The notes under the pieces were generated by a model. That model was not told the DNA's origin and ran no database searches. It saw nothing but the letters and a program-made list of their open reading frames with translations. Both the position numbers and the translations under genes were made by a program. Of a stretch of 64,000 nucleotides of DNA, positions 9,396 through 18,833 are shown piece after piece. Location: positions 163,697-227,696 of IMG/VR virus record IMGVR_UViG_3300026512_000002. One strand, given 5' to 3'. How positions within the stretch are numbered: the first letter of the stretch is position 1; each line of letters begins with the position of its first letter.

Positions 9396-12203
9396 ATGGA
9401 TAATATATTTACAGGTAAATCAACTTATGATATAGAATCATATATTTATGAACTTTCGACTAAATTTTTTAAAAACCAAGATGGTACAAATATACCTGTT
9501 AATAAATTACGTAATGGTCTATATGGTTGGTTGTCAGAAACTCAGAGTAATTTAGCTTTCAACAGTATATCTACGAAATCAGGATTATATGAGGAAAATT
9601 TTATAAACACAGCTAAATTACCTCAAACCATATACAATAATGCTATTATGTATAATTTTAATGTCAATTTAGCAGAACCGGCGATACTACCAGTTAAATT
9701 AAATATTAAATTCGTAGATATTATTAACATCAGTAGGCGTAGCGAACAAGTTTTTAGAATAAGTAATAGTACTGTATTTCAAACTAACGGTATGAATTTT
9801 AAGCTAAGATATGATATTATCATAGAATATAAATTGATAGGTTCCAATATAACTGATGGATCATTATCAGCGACATATGATAAATCTACTGAACAATTTG
9901 ACACATTTGATACATATGATAAACTAATACCTATCAATTACAACCCAGATACTGGCATGGTAACATTAGTTGTGGATCTATATCAATTGGAAAAAACTGT
10001 TACTACTTTTGAGTATATTGAACAAGATTCATTTTTAAATAAATCATTTAAAGTTAATTTTTTTGACCAATTATCTAAATTCAGAGTTTTTTATAAGGAA
10101 ACACCTTATTCCGAAAGAATTGAATTAAACACATATTTGGGTTCCGAAGAAGTTAATTTTAATCCAAATGAAAAAAAATGTAATTATGAATATAATGGCA
10201 CGAATAGTTTAAATATATTATTTGTTAGTAATACAGGATTTCGACCTAGTAATAATTCGATAATAGAAGTAGAAACATATACTACAGTAGGTTCATCAGG
10301 TAATATTAATTATAATGGGTCTCTCATACCTGTATTTGACAATAAATTTTACTATGATTTAAATATTACTACTACTCCAATAGGTGTGGGTTCTGGTGGA
10401 TTAGATAAACCATCACCAAATGAAATAAAAGCAAGACTATTAGCATGGATACAATCTAAAGGTGAAATGATAACAGATACTGATATTGATAATTATATTA
10501 AAAGTATACAATCACAATATTTGAAAAACAATAGTAAATTTACTATGACTAAAGACCAAAACGATTTATTAAGTCGTTCATATAAATCATATGTATTACT
10601 AAAAGATAACGATAATATAGTTATACCTACTACAACAGTTGATTTGTCATTAAGTTACACAATAATCGAAAGTAATGATATGGATTATTTTAAAAAATCT
10701 ATGGATGGTTCAAAAGTATTGATACCATCCGGTAGTTATATAGTTTTAAAAAAAACCGTGCAAACAAATATGGAAGGTTATGTTATAGCATATAACTATA
10801 GCGATTATACTGTCTCACAATATCCTGAAGAAAACCTTTTTAATGAAAATGATATGTTACGGGGTAGTGATAACTGGTTATCATATTATAGAAAATATCC
10901 TGACGCATATACTGTTTATAAAACACCATATGATATATTAATAGATTCCGTACCGTTTTTAAGAGCAGTGTATTATCGAACATCATTAGATGATACATAT
11001 CAAGTTAATAAATATAATATGAACCATTTATTTGGAAAAAGTTTCACAATTACTGAATTTGATATATATAGAAATTCTATGAATGGTACGGATAATGATA
11101 CTTATACATTATCATTTGAACTAAACACTAATGTTAATAAAAAATATATCAATAACAATATATTGTCTGGACCCGACAGAAACCAAATAAATGCAATAAT
11201 ATTATTTTTCACCAAAGATGATGATGGTAATAGAACATATTATGGTTTTAAAAACTGTGTGTTTGACGAATCTTCTAACGGTAATCCGTATAAATTCTAT
11301 TCCGAATTTAAAACATTGTATAAAATGGATGAATATGATTCAACATATCTAAAGTTATTTAAAATAGATAGTGAAACTTCTACAGTTGTTAGTAATACAT
11401 TACAAGAAGTTAAAGTGCCTCGTGACGTAAACATATCAATTTTAGTTAACTATGATCCAAATGATGGTAATTCTATAGAAAGCTATTTTCAACCAACTAG
11501 TGATAATCAACTACAATACGCTTCTAATACAACAGCACCGGATTTATATGATACTGCTATAGATGGTTCTGGAACAACAATAGGGTTAGTAAATATAATA
11601 AATGTTTTAGAAGTTGAGTCTGTTGAACCTGTTAAGATTTTCGTATCATTAGGCAACGTAGTATCATCAAACATAACATATACTGGTCAATCTTATGTGA
11701 TAAAGGAATTACCATTAATAACAGCTGATTATATAGAAAATGATGAACGGTTTCAATTCTTTATAAATGCAATAACTAACTATGAAAATATGTTTAAAAC
11801 AATACTATCAAGAATAGATGGTAGTAGTTCACTTAATTTAAAATATTTTAACACTTGTGGTAAATCTAGTAATTTTACAATTAATAATACTGATATAAAT
11901 ATTTCTTGTGTTATAGGTTTACGAGAACAATATACCCCAATATTAGAAAAAAATATAATTAAACACATAGTATCGTTTATGAATAACATTAATGATATTG
12001 ATATAAATAGATTTTCATTTTCTAATTTATCAACATCATTAGAAAATAATTTTCCACAAATATCAAGCGTTTTCTTAAATGATATAAACGGTCTTAGAGT
12101 ATATGAAATTGATGAAAAAAATGTTAGTGATATTCCGGAATATTTGAATATAGGATATGATTATATAAACAAAAAATTTAAAGTTAAATTAATTTTTAAA
12201 TAA
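9396..12203 (+). CDS. Baseplate wedge protein (T4 gp6-like)
   Basis: 935 aa. FINTAKLPQTIYNNA, YTTVGSSGNINY and GSGGLDKPSPNEIK motifs are typical of gp6/BaseJ-like wedges; fits the gene context. Confidence 0.65.
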   Translation: MDNIFTGKSTYDIESYIYELSTKFFKNQDGTNIPVNKLRNGLYGWLSETQSNLAFNSISTKSGLYEENFINTAKLPQTIYNNAIMYNFNVNLAEPAILPVKLNIKFVDIINISRRSEQVFRISNSTVFQTNGMNFKLRYDIIIEYKLIGSNITDGSLSATYDKSTEQFDTFDTYDKLIPINYNPDTGMVTLVVDLYQLEKTVTTFEYIEQDSFLNKSFKVNFFDQLSKFRVFYKETPYSERIELNTYLGSEEVNFNPNEKKCNYEYNGTNSLNILFVSNTGFRPSNNSIIEVETYTTVGSSGNINYNGSLIPVFDNKFYYDLNITTTPIGVGSGGLDKPSPNEIKARLLAWIQSKGEMITDTDIDNYIKSIQSQYLKNNSKFTMTKDQNDLLSRSYKSYVLLKDNDNIVIPTTTVDLSLSYTIIESNDMDYFKKSMDGSKVLIPSGSYIVLKKTVQTNMEGYVIAYNYSDYTVSQYPEENLFNENDMLRGSDNWLSYYRKYPDAYTVYKTPYDILIDSVPFLRAVYYRTSLDDTYQVNKYNMNHLFGKSFTITEFDIYRNSMNGTDNDTYTLSFELNTNVNKKYINNNILSGPDRNQINAIILFFTKDDDGNRTYYGFKNCVFDESSNGNPYKFYSEFKTLYKMDEYDSTYLKLFKIDSETSTVVSNTLQEVKVPRDVNISILVNYDPNDGNSIESYFQPTSDNQLQYASNTTAPDLYDTAIDGSGTTIGLVNIINVLEVESVEPVKIFVSLGNVVSSNITYTGQSYVIKELPLITADYIENDERFQFFINAITNYENMFKTILSRIDGSSSLNLKYFNTCGKSSNFTINNTDINISCVIGLREQYTPILEKNIIKHIVSFMNNINDIDINRFSFSNLSTSLENNFPQISSVFLNDINGLRVYEIDEKNVSDIPEYLNIGYDYINKKFKVKLIFK

Positions 12204-12205
12204 TA

Positions 12206-12217
12206 AACAATATATTA
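12206..12217 (+). promoter_or_regulatory. Putative late promoter AACA-N6-TA
   Basis: AACAATATATTA upstream of 12237. Confidence 0.55.
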
Positions 12218-12236
12218 AAAACTATAAGGTGATACT

Positions 12237-13001
12237 ATGAATAATGATATTGAACATGCAACAGATATTAAAAAAATTGATAAAGTCATATTAGACGAAC
12301 TCAATGAACAAGTATCGGAAAATTTAATAGAAGTTGTTAATATACTAGATGATATTGGGTATCTTTATGAAGAATATCAAAACAGTGTTAGTGAAAGTGA
12401 GTTTATTGATAAAACTTCTAAAAAAATCAACTCATATGGTATTAATAATAAAACATATGTTGAATTAGCTAAATATATTGAAAAAAGATATAATGATATT
12501 AGAAACCTAGATGATTTATTAATACTTGAAAAAGAACTATCGGCTTTACATAAAGCAACATTGGATGTTTTGAAACAAGTTGATGATAAAACACGTGAAA
12601 TATTAAGTAAACAAAATAAGAAAATACCTAATGCTGTTAATAAAAGTAGTATTATACAGGGTGCGTTAATAAGTGCTAGTGCTGCTATATTGAATAAAGA
12701 AAGATTAATGAAATTAGCATTGTCCACAATGAGTGGTAGTGTCGGTAGTGCATTTTTTTTATATACCTCAAGTAGAGGTATTGTGCGTAGTATGAAAGGT
12801 TTAAAAAAAATGGTCAATATAATGTCAAAAACAAATAATATACCAGATACAAGAAAATCGTTAATGCTAATTGCTAGAACATATAAACTATTAAAAAATA
12901 TAGAATCGCATACAAAAAAAAATGAAAAACCAAATATAGGTGAATATAAAAACATGGTCAATATTGATAATAATTATGAGTTTAAAAAATCAAGAGTTTA
13001 A
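12237..13001 (+). CDS. Putative virion protein: acidic leader plus hydrophobic helical hairpin
   Basis: Acidic N-terminal half, then IIQGALISASAAIL and LALSTMSGSVGSAFFLY, then a basic tail. Confidence 0.55.
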   Translation: MNNDIEHATDIKKIDKVILDELNEQVSENLIEVVNILDDIGYLYEEYQNSVSESEFIDKTSKKINSYGINNKTYVELAKYIEKRYNDIRNLDDLLILEKELSALHKATLDVLKQVDDKTREILSKQNKKIPNAVNKSSIIQGALISASAAILNKERLMKLALSTMSGSVGSAFFLYTSSRGIVRSMKGLKKMVNIMSKTNNIPDTRKSLMLIARTYKLLKNIESHTKKNEKPNIGEYKNMVNIDNNYEFKKSRV

Positions 13002-13023
13002 TAACAATTAATAGAGGTGTATA

Positions 13024-13860
13024 ATGAGTAAACAACTTTTAAATGAAAAAATGTCAAAAGGAAAAGCTTTAAAATTATATAATTCGGTAAAAACCGAATT
13101 TTGTAACATGTCCAATGATGTTGAAAAACGAACATTGCTAAATAACTTAGATAAGATTGAAAAAGCTATGACTAAAGGTTCTGCTGGGAAAATTGGTCTA
13201 GCACTAGGTTTATTAGCAGCAGCTGGTGGAGCTTATGCTGCTTACAGTGCTCATGTACATGGTTCTGATGCTGAACATGAAATGTCAGGTATACGTGATA
13301 TGGATCAAATTGAAAACCCTGTAACTGATCAACTGGAACCTGAAGCAACAGCTAAAACTGTTCCAGTTTTCAAAAATAGAGAAACTGGTAAATATTTCTT
13401 AAATCCTAAAGATTATACTATGGATAAATATAAAAAAATCAAAGCATATAGAGCTGATGGTAAGTGGGTTGGTAGAGAACAATTTGAGAAAATTTCTAAA
13501 AATCTTAAAGGTATAAATACCCAACGTGCTTTAAATAATGCTAGGATAATGAAACAAGGTATCCAATATGATCAAGCCGCAAAAAGAATTAAAGAATACA
13601 ATCAAAATAATATTATTAAGCGAGATATGTTATCTAATTTAGTTAATAAATATCATAATAAACAAAATGCTGGTATCGCTACTGGTGTAATTGGTGGTAT
13701 TATAGCTGCTGGTAGCAACTTGTTAAAAGGTGGCGATCGTACCGAAATAACTAAAGCTAAAGCAATCGTAGGTTCAATGAAAAAATATATCTCAAAAGTA
13801 AAACCAGGTAAACAAAAGTGTGCTGATTTTGATAAAAAATTTAAACATTACTTCATATAG
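13024..13860 (+). CDS. Cassette protein, copy 1 (Cys flank - hydrophobic helix - variable insert - hydrophobic helix - Cys flank)
   Basis: LYNSVKTEFCNM...GKIGLALGLLAAAGGAY ... GVIGGIIAAGSNLLKGG...KVKPGKQKCADFDKKF; leader ends in LLNE. Confidence 0.75.
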   Translation: MSKQLLNEKMSKGKALKLYNSVKTEFCNMSNDVEKRTLLNNLDKIEKAMTKGSAGKIGLALGLLAAAGGAYAAYSAHVHGSDAEHEMSGIRDMDQIENPVTDQLEPEATAKTVPVFKNRETGKYFLNPKDYTMDKYKKIKAYRADGKWVGREQFEKISKNLKGINTQRALNNARIMKQGIQYDQAAKRIKEYNQNNIIKRDMLSNLVNKYHNKQNAGIATGVIGGIIAAGSNLLKGGDRTEITKAKAIVGSMKKYISKVKPGKQKCADFDKKFKHYFI

Positions 13861-14450
13861 GAGAATATGATGATACATACACTTAGTGAAAATTCTAGTA
13901 GTAAATTATTAAACGAAGGTTTTTTTGAAAATAAAAGACTTAGGTTATATAATTCAATAAAAATAAGTTTTTGTAACATGGATACAGCTGTTGATAAACA
14001 AGTGTTAATAGACACATTGAAACAATCATCTACAGCATTAACAAAAGGTAAAGCTGGTAAAATTGCGTTAGGATTAGCTGGACTAGCGATAGGTGGTATT
14101 GGTGCATACGCTTCTTATAAAGCTGGTATGGATGTTGATTCCCTTAATAAGGATTTAGATGCAATACCGACTACCGCAAATGATGGTAGTAATAGTTTAG
14201 CTAATATGGCTAATGCTACTGCACGATCATTATATGGTAGACATGTAGCTGATGCTACAAATATAGAAAATGGTGGCAAATTGGCAATAGGTGTAGGTGC
14301 ATTACTAAGTATTGTATCCACTGTAATAAGATCTGGAAATAGTTCCGATATCAGTAGATCTAAAGCAATAATAGACACTATTATTCAATATATTTCAAAA
14401 GTAAAACCAGGTAAACAAAAGTGTGTTGAGTTTGATAAAAAATTTAAACA
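13792..14450 (+). repeat. 56-nt direct repeat pair, 13792-13847 and 14395-14450 (2 mismatches)
   Basis: TCAAAAGTAAAACCAGGTAAACAAAAGTGTG(C/T)TGA(T/G)TTTGATAAAAAATTTAAACA. Confidence 0.9.
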
Positions 14451-15630
14451 ATTTTTTATTAATGAAAGTTATAATAGTGATATCAGCAATAGTGATGATA
14501 ATGTTGTGGTAGAAATGGATGTTGTAAGTGAAGGGATATCTAATCTATTAGCCCTATATAATGATGCGTTACCAGAGTCTATCTCAGATAATATTCTTAA
14601 TGAACTATTAACAGACGCATTGTTTTTGTTCAACGAAACAGTTAATTTTGAAAATGTTAGTGAGTTTACAACACCTACATTCATAGAGGATTATGCTTTT
14701 ATGACAGAAGGTGGAGTGTTATCTGAAAACACCAAAGACACTATTACAAATACAGGTGAATTGGCAACATATAAGAAAAACATCGTATCAGCAATATTTG
14801 AAAATACTTCAGACAACGATAGTGTCGAAATCAACTCCTTTACTGTTAGTAAAATTATATTAGTGGAGATGTTAGATGGTTTAGGTTTACTACAAAACAT
14901 ATCTGAGTCTAACCCACAAATTATCACAGATACTGTGTGTAAAATGAGTTTATTAGATGAAGCTAGTAAAAGCAAACCATTCAGATTGCTCGGTTCTATT
15001 AGAAAAGAATTTTGTCATATGAAAACTACAAAAGATAAAGAAAAATTATTGAAACGACTAGATGGGTCTGTTAAAGCTTTAAGTAAAGGTAAAGCTGGTA
15101 AAATTGCTTTAGGATTAGCTGGACTAGCAGCGTTAGCAGGCGGGGCATATATGGCCTATGATGCAATGAAAAATGGTGAAAATATAAAAGATTCTGAAAA
15201 TGGGCTTTTAAGCACACTTAAGAATGCGCATACTAGAGCAGGATTTACTCAACAAGAAACATCTAATGGTAAAACTATTACTAAACATTTTTTAACTAAA
15301 ATGGGTGGTGTTGCTGAACCTACAACTAAACTTGGTTACGAGGCCAATAACCTTAGTAATAAAGCGATATCACACTTATCTGCTAATAAAGATAATATAA
15401 AGAAAGCTTTTTCGGGAGCTATAAAAGATGAAGAAAATAGAGCACTTACTGGAAAAACAATAGCGAAAGCAGGTGCTATTGTTGGACTAACATCACTGTT
15501 ATTAAAATCCGGTAATAAGAAAGATATATCTGAATCTGAAAAAGTTATCAAAAACGTAATATCTTATGTTAAGTCAGTAAAACCTGGTAAACAAGATTGT
15601 GTTGACTTTGATAAAAAATTTCTAATATAA
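13867..15630 (+). CDS. Polyprotein-like ORF: cassette copy 2, acidic spacer domain, cassette copy 3
   Basis: Two more copies of the same flanks, separated by about 175 acidic aa with many x-x-E sites. Confidence 0.75.
   Translation: MMIHTLSENSSSKLLNEGFFENKRLRLYNSIKISFCNMDTAVDKQVLIDTLKQSSTALTKGKAGKIALGLAGLAIGGIGAYASYKAGMDVDSLNKDLDAIPTTANDGSNSLANMANATARSLYGRHVADATNIENGGKLAIGVGALLSIVSTVIRSGNSSDISRSKAIIDTIIQYISKVKPGKQKCVEFDKKFKQFFINESYNSDISNSDDNVVVEMDVVSEGISNLLALYNDALPESISDNILNELLTDALFLFNETVNFENVSEFTTPTFIEDYAFMTEGGVLSENTKDTITNTGELATYKKNIVSAIFENTSDNDSVEINSFTVSKIILVEMLDGLGLLQNISESNPQIITDTVCKMSLLDEASKSKPFRLLGSIRKEFCHMKTTKDKEKLLKRLDGSVKALSKGKAGKIALGLAGLAALAGGAYMAYDAMKNGENIKDSENGLLSTLKNAHTRAGFTQQETSNGKTITKHFLTKMGGVAEPTTKLGYEANNLSNKAISHLSANKDNIKKAFSGAIKDEENRALTGKTIAKAGAIVGLTSLLLKSGNKKDISESEKVIKNVISYVKSVKPGKQDCVDFDKKFLI
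14044..15128 (+). repeat. 44-nt direct repeat pair, 14044-14087 and 15085-15128 (1 mismatch)
   Basis: AAAGGTAAAGCTGGTAAAATTGC(G/T)TTAGGATTAGCTGGACTAGC. Confidence 0.9.
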
Positions 15631-15651
15631 TATTTTATAATATTTAATAAA

Positions 15652-15704
15652 ATCGATAATAGTAGTGGATGATCATATATATGTCATCCGCTATTATTAT
15701 CGAT
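15652..15704 (+). other. 21-bp RNA stem-loop with G-U pairs
   Basis: ATCGATAATAGTAGTGGATGA pairs with TCATCCGCTATTATTATCGAT; the two non-Watson-Crick positions are G-U on the plus strand. No U-tract. Confidence 0.7.
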
Positions 15705-15731
15705 CATTACACTAATAAGATCATGTTAATT

Positions 15732-15743
15732 AACAATGGATTA
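15732..15743 (+). promoter_or_regulatory. Putative late promoter AACA-N6-TA
   Basis: AACAATGGATTA upstream of 15767. Confidence 0.55.
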
Positions 15744-15766
15744 AATAACTATTATAAGGACACATA

Positions 15767-16582
15767 ATGTATACAGAATCAAATATAGAAACATTATCTA
15801 ATACCATATTAAAAGAATCATCAATAGCTAGATCTACTTTTAATGTGTTAACACCAACTATAGATTATAAAGCACTACATAGCTATAATTCAGCTTTAGT
15901 TGAGCCTAGTCAAGGTGTTTTGGATAGAACAGTAGAAGCTATTATGCGCTTTATTGAAAATATTGTTAAAAAAATGAATAATTTATGGTTCAATAGAGCT
16001 AAATTTGTTAAAAACAATGAGCGTATAATAGTAAATGGGTATGATAAAATGATGGGTGATAGAGATGTTGTTGTTAGATTGGAACCTATAAATGTAGTGA
16101 ATCGTAAATATATAAAAGATTTACGCAATCTACGAAATCGTATCTTGAAACAAGTTGATCGTAAATTTATAGTCGGTCATAATTTACCTAGAAACTTTAA
16201 TAGTGTATCTGTAAGACGAATTGAGTTTATGGATATTATGACTAGAATCAACGAATACCCACTTTCTATAGAACCTCAAGATTGGATCGATTTCATAGAT
16301 CATATAAAAAGGTTTTATAGAAGTGATTTAGAGAATATTGAAAATGGTAAAAAAGAAATTATGTTAAGATATAAATATATTAGACATGAAGTTGAAACAG
16401 GTGAACGAACAATACTAGCTTTGCCAAAAGCTAAACAACCAACTGTTGATAAAACAGTTACACTTATAAGATCTAAATTGAGTTTAATTATGGACATTTA
16501 TAATGCTGAACTAGAAGCATTGGAACATATGTATCTTGCCATGTATAGAGCATTGAGAATATTTTATGATTATGGTAAGTGA
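15767..16582 (+). CDS. Putative internal head protein
   Basis: Leader with YTE, ILKE and LVE sites, then amphipathic GVLDRTVEAIMRFIENIVKK; long C-terminal helix. Confidence 0.55.
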   Translation: MYTESNIETLSNTILKESSIARSTFNVLTPTIDYKALHSYNSALVEPSQGVLDRTVEAIMRFIENIVKKMNNLWFNRAKFVKNNERIIVNGYDKMMGDRDVVVRLEPINVVNRKYIKDLRNLRNRILKQVDRKFIVGHNLPRNFNSVSVRRIEFMDIMTRINEYPLSIEPQDWIDFIDHIKRFYRSDLENIENGKKEIMLRYKYIRHEVETGERTILALPKAKQPTVDKTVTLIRSKLSLIMDIYNAELEALEHMYLAMYRALRIFYDYGK

Positions 16583-17560
16583 TTAATTACGTCTACCGTT
16601 TCTATTACCGTTTCTATTATTATTATTCTTATTCTTTTTTTTGGTGACACCAGCATCTGGATTTTTAGCTACAAACCCCATATTTTTTAAATTATTTTTT
16701 AAACTTGCATCAGATCTACTATAAGCACCTTCCAACTCGCGAAGTCTTGTACCAACTAATATCGTCACCTTATCCATTATACTTGCAAGTAACGATACAC
16801 TCTTTTTCAATAAAATTTTTAATTTACTAAAAAGATTTTTAGTTATTTTTGTTTTAAATATATGTGCTCTTTTAATTTTAGCTCCAGTATTTGCATTTTC
16901 TCTGCTCTGAATAACCTTGTTTCTATCAATAAATCTTTTAAGTAAATCTCTATCAGCTTGTAAACTATCTTCGATATTATCTATCCCACCATTAATATTT
17001 TTCAAATTGCCGTATATTGTAGCAACTCCTGTTATATCGTATGGTGACTTAGGAATATTGTTTATAGCAATTAATGAATTTTCTCTAAGAATTTCTTCGT
17101 ACTTTTTATAAATACTATCAATAGCTGATAACCCACTATTAGTATCACCTCCTTCAGCAATATCTAATAATTTTCTAGTGAAATCAAAAACGGTTTTTTT
17201 AAGTTTAAAAAGTTTAGTTAAACTTGTGGTGAACCTAGCATCGTTCATAAGTAAATATGTTTTATTTTTTAATGTTTCTGTTGCTTTAGCACCACTTGTA
17301 TCTTCACTAGCATATTGTATAGTATCTCCTAAAGCCGACATACGTTCACTCCACTTATCTGTACTATCTTTATTAGCTTCAATTTTTTTTAATATAGCAC
17401 CAATGAAACCAGTTATAGCAGAACCAATACCCAGTGCTAATGCACCTTCTTCTAACATTATTTCTTTTACAATATCCGCAGTATCGTCATCGAGATTACT
17501 TAATATATTTCTATCTACATATTCTTCAATTAACATATTTTTATACAATGAATCATTCAT
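16583..17560 (-). CDS. Putative internal head protein
   Basis: Track ORF 16583-17629; start probably ATG 17560 (GGGGT upstream). IMLEE-GALALGIGSAITGFIGAILKK; Asn/Arg-rich tail. Confidence 0.55.
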   Translation of the reverse strand: MNDSLYKNMLIEEYVDRNILSNLDDDTADIVKEIMLEEGALALGIGSAITGFIGAILKKIEANKDSTDKWSERMSALGDTIQYASEDTSGAKATETLKNKTYLLMNDARFTTSLTKLFKLKKTVFDFTRKLLDIAEGGDTNSGLSAIDSIYKKYEEILRENSLIAINNIPKSPYDITGVATIYGNLKNINGGIDNIEDSLQADRDLLKRFIDRNKVIQSRENANTGAKIKRAHIFKTKITKNLFSKLKILLKKSVSLLASIMDKVTILVGTRLRELEGAYSRSDASLKNNLKNMGFVAKNPDAGVTKKKNKNNNNRNGNRNGRRN

Positions 17561-17579
17561 ATCATACCCCATATTTTTA

Positions 17580-18824
17580 TTACAATCTAATAGCTGTATT
17601 ATCGATTTGTTTATTTTTATTTTTAACAACTTTAGCTATAGCATTTCTCAAATTAGCTATTGTTGGATCAGTACTATCGAGAACATATTCAACTATTTTA
17701 TTAAACCTATTATCAACTAAATCATACAAACTAGTTAATACACTGCCTTGATAACTAGATGCTTTTTGCACATAATTAACATAACTAGTTAATAACCTCG
17801 CACCAGTTTCACCTGATTCAGCTTTTTTAGTAGCATCTTTTTTATTATTAATTCTCACATTGGTAATAGCTTTATCACCAGTTTTTTTAAAAAACTTTTC
17901 TTTCGCAGCATATATCTGCCTACGCATTTCTATTGTTGATAATGTTTTATTATTTCTAATTTTCATTTCAATATCAGTTGGTAATTCAACATCATCAACA
18001 GTTTCCTGTTTCTTAGCATACTTCTTACCATGTGCTAATAACTTATCATAACCTATTTCTAAGTTTTCCATACTTTTTGGTAGCTCAGTAAAAATCTTAC
18101 TCATATTAGTATAAAATTGACTGATACGTACACCATTCAACTTGTTATATCTTGCTTTACCAATACCTGTGAATTCACTGAGAATATTTTTACCAGTAGC
18201 AACACTTTTTATAGGTGTTGTAAAATTACATAATTTTTTAGTAACAATTACCAGTTCAGCACCACTATAGTTTGTAAAGTTATTTTTATCAGTAGCTTTA
18301 GTTTTAGCTTCCGTGACTAATTTATAATTAGCTGATAATGTTTTTTTCATATCAGTTAAATTCATATCACCTATCATATATAATGGATTAGCATCATTTA
18401 ATATTTTAGAAGTTAGTTTGGACATAGTATCGTAATCATACTCTTTTAAAAACTTAATATATTCGCCACCTATTTCAGAATACACATCTTGTTTCAACAA
18501 CGAAACCTCACCTTGACTTTTTATCACTTTTAGTTGCTCAATATTATTACTTAATATTTCAGCAGTATTGGTTCTAGCAGCAGCTTTGTTAGCACCTTTA
18601 CCAAATATTGCTTTGATAGCATCAAGAATGAGTTTAAAACTATTACCCACACCGCTATCTCCAGTAATATCCCCTATAGTTTCTATCACAACATTATCTA
18701 AATATTCCTTCAGATCCTCAAATTGTTCTAACAAATTTATAATATCAGCAGATTCTTGTGTTTTTTGCTCTATAAACAATAATTCATCATTAAGCTGATC
18801 ATATAACGTATTGTACATATTCAT
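17580..18824 (-). CDS. Putative internal head protein
   Basis: Acidic leader to VVIE, then GVGNSFKLILDAIKAIFGK and a basic body. Confidence 0.55.
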   Translation of the reverse strand: MNMYNTLYDQLNDELLFIEQKTQESADIINLLEQFEDLKEYLDNVVIETIGDITGDSGVGNSFKLILDAIKAIFGKGANKAAARTNTAEILSNNIEQLKVIKSQGEVSLLKQDVYSEIGGEYIKFLKEYDYDTMSKLTSKILNDANPLYMIGDMNLTDMKKTLSANYKLVTEAKTKATDKNNFTNYSGAELVIVTKKLCNFTTPIKSVATGKNILSEFTGIGKARYNKLNGVRISQFYTNMSKIFTELPKSMENLEIGYDKLLAHGKKYAKKQETVDDVELPTDIEMKIRNNKTLSTIEMRRQIYAAKEKFFKKTGDKAITNVRINNKKDATKKAESGETGARLLTSYVNYVQKASSYQGSVLTSLYDLVDNRFNKIVEYVLDSTDPTIANLRNAIAKVVKNKNKQIDNTAIRL

Positions 18825-18833
18825 ACCACACCC

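Noticed and set aside
13024-15630. Diversity-generating retroelement (TR/VR pair)
   Set aside because: No reverse transcriptase in the window. The variable parts differ in length and are unrelated rather than adenine point variants, and the repeats are the conserved parts.
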